From: Halorutilales archaeon Cl-col2-1
Lineage (GTDB): Archaea; Halobacteriota; Halobacteria; Halobacteriales; Afararchaeaceae
Assembly (NCBI GenBank): GCA_041891055.1
Contig: CP169074.1
Coordinates: forward strand, 1-64,000
Reading direction: 5' to 3'
Length of the DNA: 64,000 nt
Made by a program: the position numbers and the translations under genes. Within the stretch, counting starts at the first letter, position 1; each line of letters starts with the position of its first letter. Positions 8,943 to 17,578 of this stretch are shown in pieces. The notes beneath the pieces are model-generated. The model had not been told where the DNA came from, made no database searches, and saw nothing but the letters and a program-made list of their open reading frames with translations.

Positions 8943-11129
8943 TTAGAAGTAGTCGATGCTCTCGGGAAGCTCCGTCTTCATTCCCTTGCGCTCCCTTATC
9001 TCCTTGATTATCTCGGTCTGGAGGTTGTCGGGGAGGGGTCGGAAGCCTGCGTTCTCGGCACTCCAGGTCGCCCTTCCCTCAGTCGCGCTACGTATGTCAG
9101 ACGAGAATCCGAACATCTCGGCGACGGGTGCCTGTCCCTTTATAGTCACGAACTCGCCCTCGTGTTCCATGTCGTCTATACGTCCACGGCGTCCCTGAAG
9201 CTCTCCCGACGCGTTACCCATGTGCTCCTGGGGACTCTCTATGTAGACGTCCTGGACAGGTTCAAGGAGACGTGCCCTAGCGTGTATCATTCCTCTGTGT
9301 ATAGCGTCTCTAACTGCGGGTATGACCTGCGCAGGACCTCTGTGTATCGCGTCCTCGTGGAGCTTGACGTCCTTGAGCTTCACCTTAATTCCCTCGGCTG
9401 GCTCCCCAGCGAGTGGCCCCTCGTCGAACGCCTCTTCGAGTCCTTCGACTATGAGCTCCATCGTCTCGCGGAGATGTTGGACACCTTTCGTCTCGTCTAT
9501 CAGCATGTTGGTGTTGTGGATGTGCTCGACGTTCTGTGTCTCCTCCTTCTCCATTCCCGCCTCCTGGAGGCCTTCACGTCTCTGCTGTTCAGGCTGATCC
9601 ATCGTGACGTCTCCCATCTTGAGCTTCTCGACGACGTCCTCCGAGAGAGGCTCCATCTCCATGTAGAACCTGTTGTGGCGGTTGGGCGAGATGCCCTCGA
9701 CAGTGTCGGTCTCGTCCTGTATAGCTTCTCTGTAGACGACGATAGGTTCGCTCGTCTCGACGGGTATTCCACGGTTTCTCTCGATTCTCTGTGTGATGAC
9801 TTCGAGATGTAGCTCTCCCATTCCCGAGACGAGATGCTCTCCGGTGTCCTCGTCTATCTCTATCTGTACGGTGGGATCCTCCTTCGATATCTGCTGGAGA
9901 ACCTCTATGAGCTTCGGCAGGTCGTCCATCTTCTTCGCCTCAACGGCGACTGTGACGACGGGCTCCGAGATATGCTCTATCGACTCGAACGGCGTCATCT
10001 CGACGTTCGATACTGTCGATCCCGAGATCGCGTCCTTGAGACCCGTGACAGCCGCGATATTTCCGGCGGGAACCTCGTCGACTTCCTCCCTCTCGGCACC
10101 CATGAAGAGACCGACGTTCTGTAGTCTGTTTTTGCCCGCAGTTCCCGAGACATAGAGCTCCTGTCCCTTCTCAAGCGTACCAGAGAAGAGACGTCCCGAG
10201 ACTATCTCTCCCGCGTGGGGATCCATCGATATGTCGGTGACCATGAAGACGACGTCTCCGTCGGGATCAGCGGCGATCATGTCGTCTGCGACCTGGCTCT
10301 CGGGGTCGCCTCTCCATATAGTCGGAATACGTTCTTCCTGAGCCTCGACGGGGTTGGGGAGATGGTCGATGACCATGTTGAGAACGACACGTTCGAGAGG
10401 CGACTTCTTCGCGAGCTCACGTACGTTGTCGTTCTTGTTGTAGTCGTAGACGTCGCCGAAGTCTATTCCGCTCTTTGCCATGTAAGGCGCGCTTATAGCC
10501 CAGTTGTAGAGGGCACTTCCGAAGGCGACTGTTCCGTCGTCGACCTTGACTCTCCATCCCTCCTCATACTTCTCCTCGGATATGCTACGTATCAGGTCGT
10601 TGACGTCCTCTATGACATCGATGAGACGGCTCTGAAGCTCCTCGGGTCCTTCCTGGAGCTCGTTTATGAGGCGGTCGACCTTGTTTATGAAGAGTATCGG
10701 CTTGACGTCCTCACGGAGTGCCTGTCTCAGTACGGTCTCTGTCTGGGGCATCGATCCCTCGACTGCGTCCACGACGACGAGAGCACCGTCGACAGCACGC
10801 ATCGCTCTCGTAACGTCTCCTCCGAAGTCGACATGTCCCGGCGTGTCGATGAGGTTAATCAGGAAGTCGTCACCCTCGTAGTCGTGAACCATAGAGACGT
10901 TAGCCGAGTCTATCGTGATTCCCCTCTCCTGCTCATCCTCGGCTGTGTCCATGAAGAGCTGTTCTCCAGAGAGATCCTCCGAGATCATCCCCGCACCAGC
11001 GAGAAGATTGTCGGTCAGCGTCGTCTTACCGTGGTCAACATGTGCGACTATCCCGATGTTACGTATCTGTTCGGGTGTGTCCATCAACTCTGTACATCTG
11101 TCTACGATCTTTTTTCTGCGTCCCGACAT
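8943..11129 (-). CDS. fusA: Translation elongation factor EF-2
   Basis: [26 protein letters not shown], diphthamide-site HEDAIHRG; 728 aa. Confidence 0.98.
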   Translation of the reverse strand: MSGRRKKIVDRCTELMDTPEQIRNIGIVAHVDHGKTTLTDNLLAGAGMISEDLSGEQLFMDTAEDEQERGITIDSANVSMVHDYEGDDFLINLIDTPGHVDFGGDVTRAMRAVDGALVVVDAVEGSMPQTETVLRQALREDVKPILFINKVDRLINELQEGPEELQSRLIDVIEDVNDLIRSISEEKYEEGWRVKVDDGTVAFGSALYNWAISAPYMAKSGIDFGDVYDYNKNDNVRELAKKSPLERVVLNMVIDHLPNPVEAQEERIPTIWRGDPESQVADDMIAADPDGDVVFMVTDISMDPHAGEIVSGRLFSGTLEKGQELYVSGTAGKNRLQNVGLFMGAEREEVDEVPAGNIAAVTGLKDAISGSTVSNVEMTPFESIEHISEPVVTVAVEAKKMDDLPKLIEVLQQISKEDPTVQIEIDEDTGEHLVSGMGELHLEVITQRIERNRGIPVETSEPIVVYREAIQDETDTVEGISPNRHNRFYMEMEPLSEDVVEKLKMGDVTMDQPEQQRREGLQEAGMEKEETQNVEHIHNTNMLIDETKGVQHLRETMELIVEGLEEAFDEGPLAGEPAEGIKVKLKDVKLHEDAIHRGPAQVIPAVRDAIHRGMIHARARLLEPVQDVYIESPQEHMGNASGELQGRRGRIDDMEHEGEFVTIKGQAPVAEMFGFSSDIRSATEGRATWSAENAGFRPLPDNLQTEIIKEIRERKGMKTELPESIDYF

Positions 11130-11345
11130 GGCTAATCGTTGTCGTGCCTACGAGAGAGCAGTCCAAAAACATACTGGTTTGTCGGGGGTCTGTACCTCAT
11201 TCCCACGAAACCGAGACGTGAGACTGTGGATACATACGTCCAGTAAAGTTGATCATACGGTCAGTCAAAGAACGTATTTGTATTTGACACGGTCTATAAT
11301 ACCCAAATAGATTTAAGTTGTCGAAACTACAACTCTTACTTACCT

Positions 11346-11510
11346 ATGTCAGTATCTACCACGGAGTACGGCACGGACACACGCGCAGAGCTACTCAGAA
11401 AGTTGGTAAATGACCCCCACTTCTTGGAGACACTGAGCGAGACGATGTCAGAAGAGACAGATGAGCCGGTTCGGAAAGCCGTCGAAAGGTACATGAGGTA
11501 CTGGGATTAG
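11346..11510 (+). CDS. Small 54-aa acidic protein absent from the ORF track
   Basis: MSVSTTEYGTDTRAELLRKLVNDPHFLETLSETMSEETDEPVRKAVERYMRYWD*; TTTAAG box about 30 bp upstream; its stop abuts the queD stop. Confidence 0.55.
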   Translation: MSVSTTEYGTDTRAELLRKLVNDPHFLETLSETMSEETDEPVRKAVERYMRYWD

Positions 11511-11912
11511 CTAGCCGGTGTACGTAGCGAAAGATGTCTCGGTCTCCCAGAGCTTGACACGAGTAACAGGGAAGCCCTCCGACTCCGTGTACGAGTATAT
11601 CTCCTCTGCTATCGCCTCGGCAGTCGGGTTCTTCTCCATAGTGTAGTAGGGCTCGTCGAGTTCGTCGAAGGTCTCGACAAGAGGGTCGTCCTCCCTCAGG
11701 AGCATAGTATGGTCTAGCTCGTCGTCTATCCACTCCTTGACCTTCTCTTTTATCTCGGAGAAGTCGTAGACCATTCCTCTCTCGTCCAACTCCTCGCTCT
11801 GAAGCTCTATCTCGACCCTTCCGTTGTGACCGTGTATGTGTTTGCACTTTCCGTCGTAGTTCCTAAGTCGGTGCCCATAGCAGAAACGTATCTCCTTGGT
11901 TACCTTGTACAT
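11511..11912 (-). CDS. queD: 6-carboxytetrahydropterin synthase (QueD/PTPS)
   Basis: GHRL..YDGKCKHIHGHN, GMVYDF, LDHTML, NPTAE, WETETS. Confidence 0.93.
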   Translation of the reverse strand: MYKVTKEIRFCYGHRLRNYDGKCKHIHGHNGRVEIELQSEELDERGMVYDFSEIKEKVKEWIDDELDHTMLLREDDPLVETFDELDEPYYTMEKNPTAEAIAEEIYSYTESEGFPVTRVKLWETETSFATYTG

Positions 11913-11976
11913 CTACGTCTCTACTATCGGGACAAGAACATAAGAAGCTATCTCACGTCACGGAGGTTGACCTACG

Positions 11977-12318
11977 CTACGTGTACTCGTCGTAGATCTC
12001 ATCGACCTTCGCCGCCATCACGAAGTCCGCCTCGTGGAGACCGTCTATCTTGTGTGTCCAGAACTTGACCTCCGCGGTTCCGTACTCTAAGTAGATGTCG
12101 GGGTGGTGTCCTTCTTCCTCGGCTAACTCACCGACGTCGTACGTGAACTCTAAGGCGTCGCGGAAGTCGTCGAAGTCGAAGCTCCTCTGTATGTGGTGGT
12201 CGTCGACGTTCTCCCAGTCGCCTACCTGTTCGAGGTACTCGTGGATCTCGTCGCTTTCCATCGGCGGAACGCCTCCCTGACACGGCTCACATTTCTGTTG
12301 TGCTAAGTCTGAGGACAT
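11977..12318 (-). CDS. Pterin-4-alpha-carbinolamine dehydratase
   Basis: CEPCQGG, AEEEGHHPDI, WTHKIDGLHEADFVMAAKVD. Confidence 0.93.
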   Translation of the reverse strand: MSSDLAQQKCEPCQGGVPPMESDEIHEYLEQVGDWENVDDHHIQRSFDFDDFRDALEFTYDVGELAEEEGHHPDIYLEYGTAEVKFWTHKIDGLHEADFVMAAKVDEIYDEYT

Positions 12319-12359
12319 ACCTCAACTACTCGGCGGTAATACTTATACCTGGGGTCGGG

Positions 12360-13295
12360 TCAGCCGAGACCGAAGTCATAGACTGTGTTAACGTATACGT
12401 CTCCCTTCATGGTAGTTCTGACACTTCTGTCATCCCCCACCACGAGATCCTTGTCTTTGAGGTCACTCACGAGTTCGTCGAAACTCTCCGTGTCTTCTTT
12501 ATCGTCATCGTCTCCCCCTTCCTTTCCTTCCGTCTTCACCGTCCTCGCCACTGTCTCACGCGCCTCCTCGGCTGTGAGGCCTGAATAGAGAGCCGAGAGT
12601 ATCCTCTCCTGTCTCTCCGACACGGATAAGTTCTTAATCTCGTCGACTACGTCGTGGTATCTTCTGCCCGCGAAGTAGTAGAGAAGTCTCACGAAACGCT
12701 CGTTAGTGTGGAATATCCGAGTAGTCACTGATCTACTCTCGCCCTCCGTGTTTACCCTCCTGAGGTACTTGACTGTCAGAGACTTCCCTGTAGTGTCTAC
12801 CGGATCTATCCTCGTTTTGCCTGCTTGGACGCTCTGAACCTTCTCGGGATCTATACGGGTCGTGTCCTCAAGGAGTATGGTGCCGTCCTCGATACGTAGA
12901 CGTGTCCTCTCCCAAGAAGTAGACATACGTCTTCCGCCGATCTCGACAGGATCTTCGACGTAGACCTCTCTTCCGCTGAGAAGGAGTCTGTTGAGTACCT
13001 CGTAGAACCTGTGAACCACGTCGGGATTCGACTTTACTACGGCTGCTTCCTCACGGTCTCCCGTGTCGTACTTCACGAGAACCGCCTCCTCGTCCTTCCC
13101 CGTGGGTGTCTGACGAAGTCTGACCCGGAGTATCCTACGGAGTGGGACTGTTCTCTTCTCGTCGTTTCCGGCAACCACGAGACGTTTAGTGCTTAGTATA
13201 ACCCTCCCTTTCTTAAACGAGAGGTCGAAACTCCTCAGGTTGGATGTGAGGGCGTAGACCGACTCGAAGTCGGCGATCTCTTTCTCGTCCGTCAT
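12360..13295 (-). CDS. cheF: Archaeal chemotaxis protein CheF-family; true start likely ATG 13295 (the track's GTG 13340 lies inside a mobile element)
   Basis: MTDEKEIADF, GRVILSTKRLVVA, DPVEIGGR, C-terminal wHTH ERILSALYSG..T.KG. Confidence 0.75.
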   Translation of the reverse strand: MTDEKEIADFESVYALTSNLRSFDLSFKKGRVILSTKRLVVAGNDEKRTVPLRRILRVRLRQTPTGKDEEAVLVKYDTGDREEAAVVKSNPDVVHRFYEVLNRLLLSGREVYVEDPVEIGGRRMSTSWERTRLRIEDGTILLEDTTRIDPEKVQSVQAGKTRIDPVDTTGKSLTVKYLRRVNTEGESRSVTTRIFHTNERFVRLLYYFAGRRYHDVVDEIKNLSVSERQERILSALYSGLTAEEARETVARTVKTEGKEGGDDDDKEDTESFDELVSDLKDKDLVVGDDRSVRTTMKGDVYVNTVYDFGLG

Positions 13296-13453
13296 GTCAT
13301 CTGGCACATATAGATGAGACTTCTGTATTTTGACATCCACCCCTGAAGGACGGGGATTCCCGAGGTTCTTATGTTACTCCCGTCAATCGGATGGTTGGGA
13401 ATCTAAGGTTTGTAGCCGACATCTACTAGGAGTGCCAAGCCCCTGTTATCCCT

Positions 13454-13474
13454 ATCCGACACTAAGTGTCGGAT
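13454..13474. repeat. Single 21-bp perfect hairpin inside the IS remnant
   Basis: ATCCGACAC-taa-GTGTCGGAT. Confidence 0.7.
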
Positions 13475-13672
13475 TTGGAATTACCTTGGTTTTACGTCGG
13501 ACGGTAGTCCATGCTTACTTTTGTTTCCCGTATGGGCGCACACTTCCTACATTACTACATATCCGACAATCACTCGGAAAGCGTGGGAGGACACCTACTT
13601 ACCTCCAATTAGGACTATATGAATATACGAGAGCAAGAACAAGTATCTTGTCCTCTGGGGATTAGACGGCTG

Positions 13673-13722
13673 TCGCAAGATCTCTGATCTTGCTACCCAC
13701 AAATTCGAAGAATTTGTGACTG
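13673..13722. mobile_element. 50-bp double-hairpin mini-element
   Basis: TC-GCAAGATC tct GATCTTGC-tacc-CACAAATTC gaa GAATTTGTG-AC, flanked by duplicated (C)TG. Confidence 0.8.
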
Positions 13723-13730
13723 TATCCCCG

Positions 13731-13835
13731 TGTGCAAATCTCTGATTTGCAGGGCATGACGAGACGCTTCGCGTCTCGTTGCAACCGAAAACGCGTAGCG
13801 TTTTCGAGGACTCAGAAATCAAAGATTTCTGAACG
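13731..13835. mobile_element. 49-bp double-hairpin element carrying a nested 56-bp double-hairpin element (13754-13809)
   Basis: Outer TGCAAATC tct GATTTGCA ... TCAGAAATC aaa GATTTCTGA with CG duplication; inner ACGAGACGC ttc GCGTCTCGT / CGAAAACGC gta GCGTTTTCG with AGG duplication. Confidence 0.8.
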
Positions 13836-13862
13836 CCCTACCCTCGTCGTATAAATCCGACT

Positions 13863-13974
13863 TCAAGCGAATCGGAGTGGTTCGAGACGGCAAGCCGTCT
13901 CGTCATGCCGAAAGGCGCAAGCGCCTTTCGTAGCAATTCGCGTACTCATCGAAAATCTCCGATTTTCGAGACAC
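13863..13974. mobile_element. Further nested double-hairpin elements (boundaries approximate)
   Basis: CGAGACGGC aa GCCGTCTCG and CGAAAGGCGC aa GCGCCTTTCG inside a split GCGAAT..ATTCGC stem, then TCGAAAATC tcc GATTTTCGA. Confidence 0.7.
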
Positions 13975-14073
13975 ATAAAGGACGGGGTTTTAGCCTGTGG
14001 TCTACATAACTTCGGCTCTCCGAGACGTGCGGAAGTAATAAGTCGTGGTTCGACCAAACTAAACTCGGTTAAG

Positions 14074-14370
14074 ATGAACACTCATGAACTCATGAAACAG
14101 GCTGACTGGCAAGACCTTAAAAGAGACGAAGACGGCGAGGTGTCCTTCAGTCATCCCGAGACCGGAGCCGTCTTCTCTCTCGTCGATGTCTCAGGGATGG
14201 AGGGGATGACCGGGGATGTCGAGGGATACTACTGGAGGCTCACAGTCGACGGTGTCGACTACTACGAGGAGATGGGAGAGACGATGGCGAAATGGGACAC
14301 CCAGGACGAGGCTGTCGATGCTCTGAGAAGAGTCGTCGAGGAGTCGGAAGACATCTGGGTTATGATGTAA
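14074..14370 (+). CDS. Hypothetical acidic protein
   Basis: 98-aa ORF with host-like codon usage; its stop abuts the cheC stop. Confidence 0.7.
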   Translation: MNTHELMKQADWQDLKRDEDGEVSFSHPETGAVFSLVDVSGMEGMTGDVEGYYWRLTVDGVDYYEEMGETMAKWDTQDEAVDALRRVVEESEDIWVMM

Positions 14371-14982
14371 TCAGATATCGAGCCTGTCGATGAGGTAGAC
14401 AAAGGAACCGACGTCGGGTATCATGTAGAACTCGAAGTTGAAGTCGCCCTCTGTCTCACCCTCTGTCTCGTCGAACTCCATCACGGTGTCTATGACTATC
14501 GACAGCGAGTCCTCGTGAACGTGTGAGACAACCCTGTTGGATATCTCGTTCCCCGACGATCTCTCGACCTCGGGTGTACTTATCTCTATACTAGTGTCCA
14601 AGGCATTTGCCCAGCCGTCTATGAAGCCCGAAGTAAGGACGTTACAGAGCTCCTGTAGTGCACTCCTGTGTATCCCGTCGATTCCCTCGCCCTCGATCTC
14701 TTCCCCCGTCATCAGCTCCGAGACCCTTCTCGCGGTTCTGGGTGTAAACGTCAGCAGAAACAGACCGTACGGCGGACTGTCCATGTTTATGACGACGTTG
14801 AACTTCTCCTGACTTCCTATCTCGTTTTTCAGATCCCCCGGATCGATAAAGGTCAGACCCGTGACCTCTATCTCCGACTCGACACCCGTGAGCGACTCTA
14901 TGTAGTCGGCGAGTGTCCTGGAGCTCTCCTTGACGAGTGAGTCGATTACCGTGAGCTTACGTATGTCGACGAGTAATGGCAT
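14371..14982 (-). CDS. cheC: Chemotaxis phosphatase CheC-family
   Basis: MPLLVDIRKL, SALQELCNVLTSGFIDGWANALDTSIEISTP. Confidence 0.88.
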   Translation of the reverse strand: MPLLVDIRKLTVIDSLVKESSRTLADYIESLTGVESEIEVTGLTFIDPGDLKNEIGSQEKFNVVINMDSPPYGLFLLTFTPRTARRVSELMTGEEIEGEGIDGIHRSALQELCNVLTSGFIDGWANALDTSIEISTPEVERSSGNEISNRVVSHVHEDSLSIVIDTVMEFDETEGETEGDFNFEFYMIPDVGSFVYLIDRLDI

Positions 14983-15092
14983 TCTCTACCTGAAAAGAAG
15001 ACGATAGCCAAGATAAAATTTGGCTTAGCGCTATCACGAGCCTGAAGTTGTGAGTCCCTTTCTACTCAACAAAACCTAAGAGCGAGAAGAAC

Positions 15093-15163
15093 TGCGTTGG
15101 CCGGGATTTGAACCCGGGTTAAGGGCTTGGAAGGCCCATGTCATACCACTAGACCACCAACGC
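15093..15163 (-). tRNA. tRNA-Gly(TCC)
   Basis: GCGTTGG acceptor stem, GGGC-CT-TCC-AA-GCCC anticodon arm, GGTTCAAATCCC T-arm. Confidence 0.95.
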
Positions 15164-15255
15164 GCAGTACATTCTTGACGTGTTATAAGTATAAGTCTGA
15201 CGGATTGACGATAGGTCTCCGAACCCTATTTATATTACTCGTCACTATACCACGT

Positions 15256-15693
15256 ATGTACGACTCCCTCTCGATCTCCGAACTCGTCTCGTCCCCCCGG
15301 AAGACCGCGCTCCTCGTAGACGGTCCTAACCTTCTCAGAGACGAGTTCGACGTCCGTCTCGAAGACATACGTGAGGTCGCCGAGGACTGTGCGAACCCCA
15401 ACGTCACACGTGTCTACCTCAACCACCACGCGCCGCCGTCTCTCGTCGAGGCTGTCGAGACGAACGGAATGGAGCCAGTCGTGACCTCTGGCGATGTTGA
15501 CGTCAAGCTCTCTGTTGACGCAACTGCGTATGCAGTCGAAGGAGCTGACCTCATCGTGGCGACGAGGGACGCCGACTTCAAGCCCGCTCTCGAAAAGGCT
15601 AACGAGGCAGGGTCGGAGACACGTGTGATCGGCGTCGACAAGGGCTTCTCGTCGGCTCTCGAAAGCGTCGCCGACGACGTAGTCTTTCTCTGA
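15256..15693 (+). CDS. NYN-domain (PIN-like, TIGR00288-type) protein; start ATG 15256
   Basis: LLVDGPNLLR, GDVDVKLSVDA, TRDADFKP, GFSSALESVAD. Confidence 0.85.
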   Translation: MYDSLSISELVSSPRKTALLVDGPNLLRDEFDVRLEDIREVAEDCANPNVTRVYLNHHAPPSLVEAVETNGMEPVVTSGDVDVKLSVDATAYAVEGADLIVATRDADFKPALEKANEAGSETRVIGVDKGFSSALESVADDVVFL

Positions 15694-15724
15694 ATTTGTG
15701 AGTTACTGTTACTACTACTGCTAC

Positions 15725-16198
15725 TCAGTCCTCGGCTGCACCACCTTTTCTGGAGAGGAAGTCCTCGACTTCGATTCTGAGGTACTCGGCGACCCTGTCG
15801 TAGTACTCCCAGAGGGCGTCGTTGAGTTTCTCGCGCGTCTCCCTGTCGGGAATCCCCTCTCCTCTGTAAGTCGTCTTGGGTATCTGTGGATGGTAGGTAC
15901 AGACGACTCGGGGCGAGCCGTCCTCTGAGACCCTCTCCCCCTGTACTATCCCATACTCGGCGGTACCCCAGAGACCCTCGCCCGACTCCCTGTGCATCTC
16001 GGAGTCGATCCAGTCGACTGTACGTATCTCTTCGTCGGTGAGTAACGCGTCCTCGCCCTCGAAAAGTTCGTTGTACGCCCTACGTCTCGCGTCGTAGAGC
16101 CAGTCGTCGAGACGGTCGCGCGCCGCCTGTACGAGTTCCCTCCTGTTCTCTATCTCTATGTCCGTGTCTGTCTCAGTCTCAGTCTCGTCGGTATCCAT
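15725..16198 (-). CDS. Conserved haloarchaeal hypothetical protein
   Basis: 157-aa acidic ORF, motif VVCTYHPQIP. Confidence 0.75.
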   Translation of the reverse strand: MDTDETETETDTDIEIENRRELVQAARDRLDDWLYDARRRAYNELFEGEDALLTDEEIRTVDWIDSEMHRESGEGLWGTAEYGIVQGERVSEDGSPRVVCTYHPQIPKTTYRGEGIPDRETREKLNDALWEYYDRVAEYLRIEVEDFLSRKGGAAED

Positions 16199-16242
16199 CT
16201 CGGATCTACAACGGTCTCGTACCGTATAAATCTACATCCAAA

Positions 16243-17538
16243 TTAGACCACGAAGACTAGGACGAGCCCCGTCGCTACCGCCGGTATGAGGATCTTCGCC
16301 ATCACTATACCGAGACGAGCCGTCCCGAGAGCCACGGCGATCCCTATCTTGACGAGGGTGTTGGTTATCGCACCTATGACTATACCGTTCGCGGCGACAT
16401 CGGACTGTATATCGCCTTCGAGAGCTAGCTTGCTGAGTGAGATAGTGATCGAGTCGACGTCCATGAGTCCTGAGAAGAAGGCTGTGGCGTAGACGCCGAG
16501 GTCACCGAAGTTCTGGCTCGCATTCTCTGAGATGAGGAGTATGATGGCGAAGAAAACACCGAAAGCCAGAGCGGGCTTAAGACGGAACGGGTTTTCGAGG
16601 TCGACTTCGGGAGTCTTCCCCGAGACATCCGTGAAGTAGAGGATGACTGAGAGTCCCAGACCCACGACCGCCATGCCTGCTATGGGGATTCCAACGTTAA
16701 AGAGGAGACTTGTGTTGACTACCGAAATCTCTATGAGCATCCTCGGAAACATAGTCACCGACGCTATCGACGCCGCGAAGCCAGCCGCGTTCGTGAGACC
16801 CGGGTTTATCTTCGCCCTGTTAGCCATCGAGACTGTGGTCGGCGTCGACGAGACGAAGCCACCGAGTATCCCCGTCAGACTCAGTCCTCTCTGAGCACCC
16901 ACTACCTGTGTGAGTAGGTACGCTGAGAAGCTTATACCCGAGACTAGGACCACCACAGTCCAGATGAAACGTGGGTTGAGTCCGAGGAGACTGTCAAGAT
17001 TTCTGTCTGGGAGTATGGGTAAGACGACGAGGGCTACGATTAGGAACTTTGACGCGTTGAATAGCTCTTCCTCGCCGAGACTTCCAGCGAACGAATGTAT
17101 CGGCTTCTTGGCGGCGAGTATCGCCATCGTTATCGTCCCGAGAATCACCGACACAACCAAGCCTTCCTCTGACTGTGTCGCCATTCCACCGTAGACGAAG
17201 GTCAGAAGAGTGCTCACGGACGTGGTTATGCCTCCCGTCCCCCTGTATTTCTCTGTCTCGGTATTATTCTCCACGTTGGTCTCTGTTCCCGGTGTTGGAG
17301 TCTCCTCTATCTGTGACTCAAATATATATCCGAGTGTGGCTAGGACGACGACCCCCGAGAATCCAACCCACAGAATGCCGGGGAAGAAGCTGTTTAACGT
17401 AGCGCCTAGGAGAGCCACGAGGGGGTGTGTCCTGCTTCCCGCGAATACGTGTCCCGGCACACTCTTCTCCCTCTCTATTCCGATCATTCCTCCGACTCCT
17501 ACGGCTACGAGGAACTCAGCCGCGAGAGGCAGATCCAT
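16243..17538 (-). CDS. MgtC/SapB-family membrane protein with DUF4010 domain
   Basis: GGMIGIEREK..FAGSRTHPL, GILGGFVSSTPTT, LENPFRLKPAL, SGLMDVDSIT. Confidence 0.88.
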   Translation of the reverse strand: MDLPLAAEFLVAVGVGGMIGIEREKSVPGHVFAGSRTHPLVALLGATLNSFFPGILWVGFSGVVVLATLGYIFESQIEETPTPGTETNVENNTETEKYRGTGGITTSVSTLLTFVYGGMATQSEEGLVVSVILGTITMAILAAKKPIHSFAGSLGEEELFNASKFLIVALVVLPILPDRNLDSLLGLNPRFIWTVVVLVSGISFSAYLLTQVVGAQRGLSLTGILGGFVSSTPTTVSMANRAKINPGLTNAAGFAASIASVTMFPRMLIEISVVNTSLLFNVGIPIAGMAVVGLGLSVILYFTDVSGKTPEVDLENPFRLKPALAFGVFFAIILLISENASQNFGDLGVYATAFFSGLMDVDSITISLSKLALEGDIQSDVAANGIVIGAITNTLVKIGIAVALGTARLGIVMAKILIPAVATGLVLVFVV

Positions 17539-17578
17539 GGTATATCTCGTGTCTGAGATGTGATTAAGCTTCCGCGTC

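Larger units (their letters stand above)
13330..14005 (-). mobile_element. Non-autonomous IS200/IS605-family element (PATE-like), no tnpA/tnpB ORF
   Basis: Minus strand: left end follows TTAT and reads GTAGACCACAGGCTAAAACCCCGTCCTTTA; right end ...GGGAATCCCCGTCCTTCAGGGGTGGATGTCAA ends in TCAA; shared subterminal CCCCGTCCTT motif; no TSD. Confidence 0.85.

Noticed and set aside
10215-11135. Long antisense ORFs (e.g. 10215-11135, 46578-47618, 36939-37700, 4914-5576)
   Set aside because: Shadow frames of strongly biased GAC/GAG/GTC codon usage on the real strand; no protein motifs
13296-13340. N-terminal extension MDVKIQKSHLYVPDD of cheF in the ORF track
   Set aside because: The GTG start lies inside the IS right end; ATG 13295 gives a CheF-like N-terminus
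13673-13974. Hairpin cluster (and 35555-35652) as a CRISPR array
   Set aside because: No identical direct repeats with unique spacers, no cas genes; units are nested insertions
13330-14081. ORFs 13330-13665, 13595-13822 and 13863-14081 as transposase genes
   Set aside because: No HUH/Y1 or RuvC/Zn-finger motifs, non-acidic composition; they run through hairpin arrays
7554-15163. tRNA-Arg or tRNA-Gly as integration sites of a provirus or island
   Set aside because: No integrase and no duplicated tRNA 3' end seen in the window
15127-15255. N-terminal extensions in the ORF track for the NYN gene (similarly pcc1 21101, mat 45091, glyA 56254, UDG 22658)
   Set aside because: They overlap a tRNA, neighbouring genes or promoters; downstream ATGs match family N-termini
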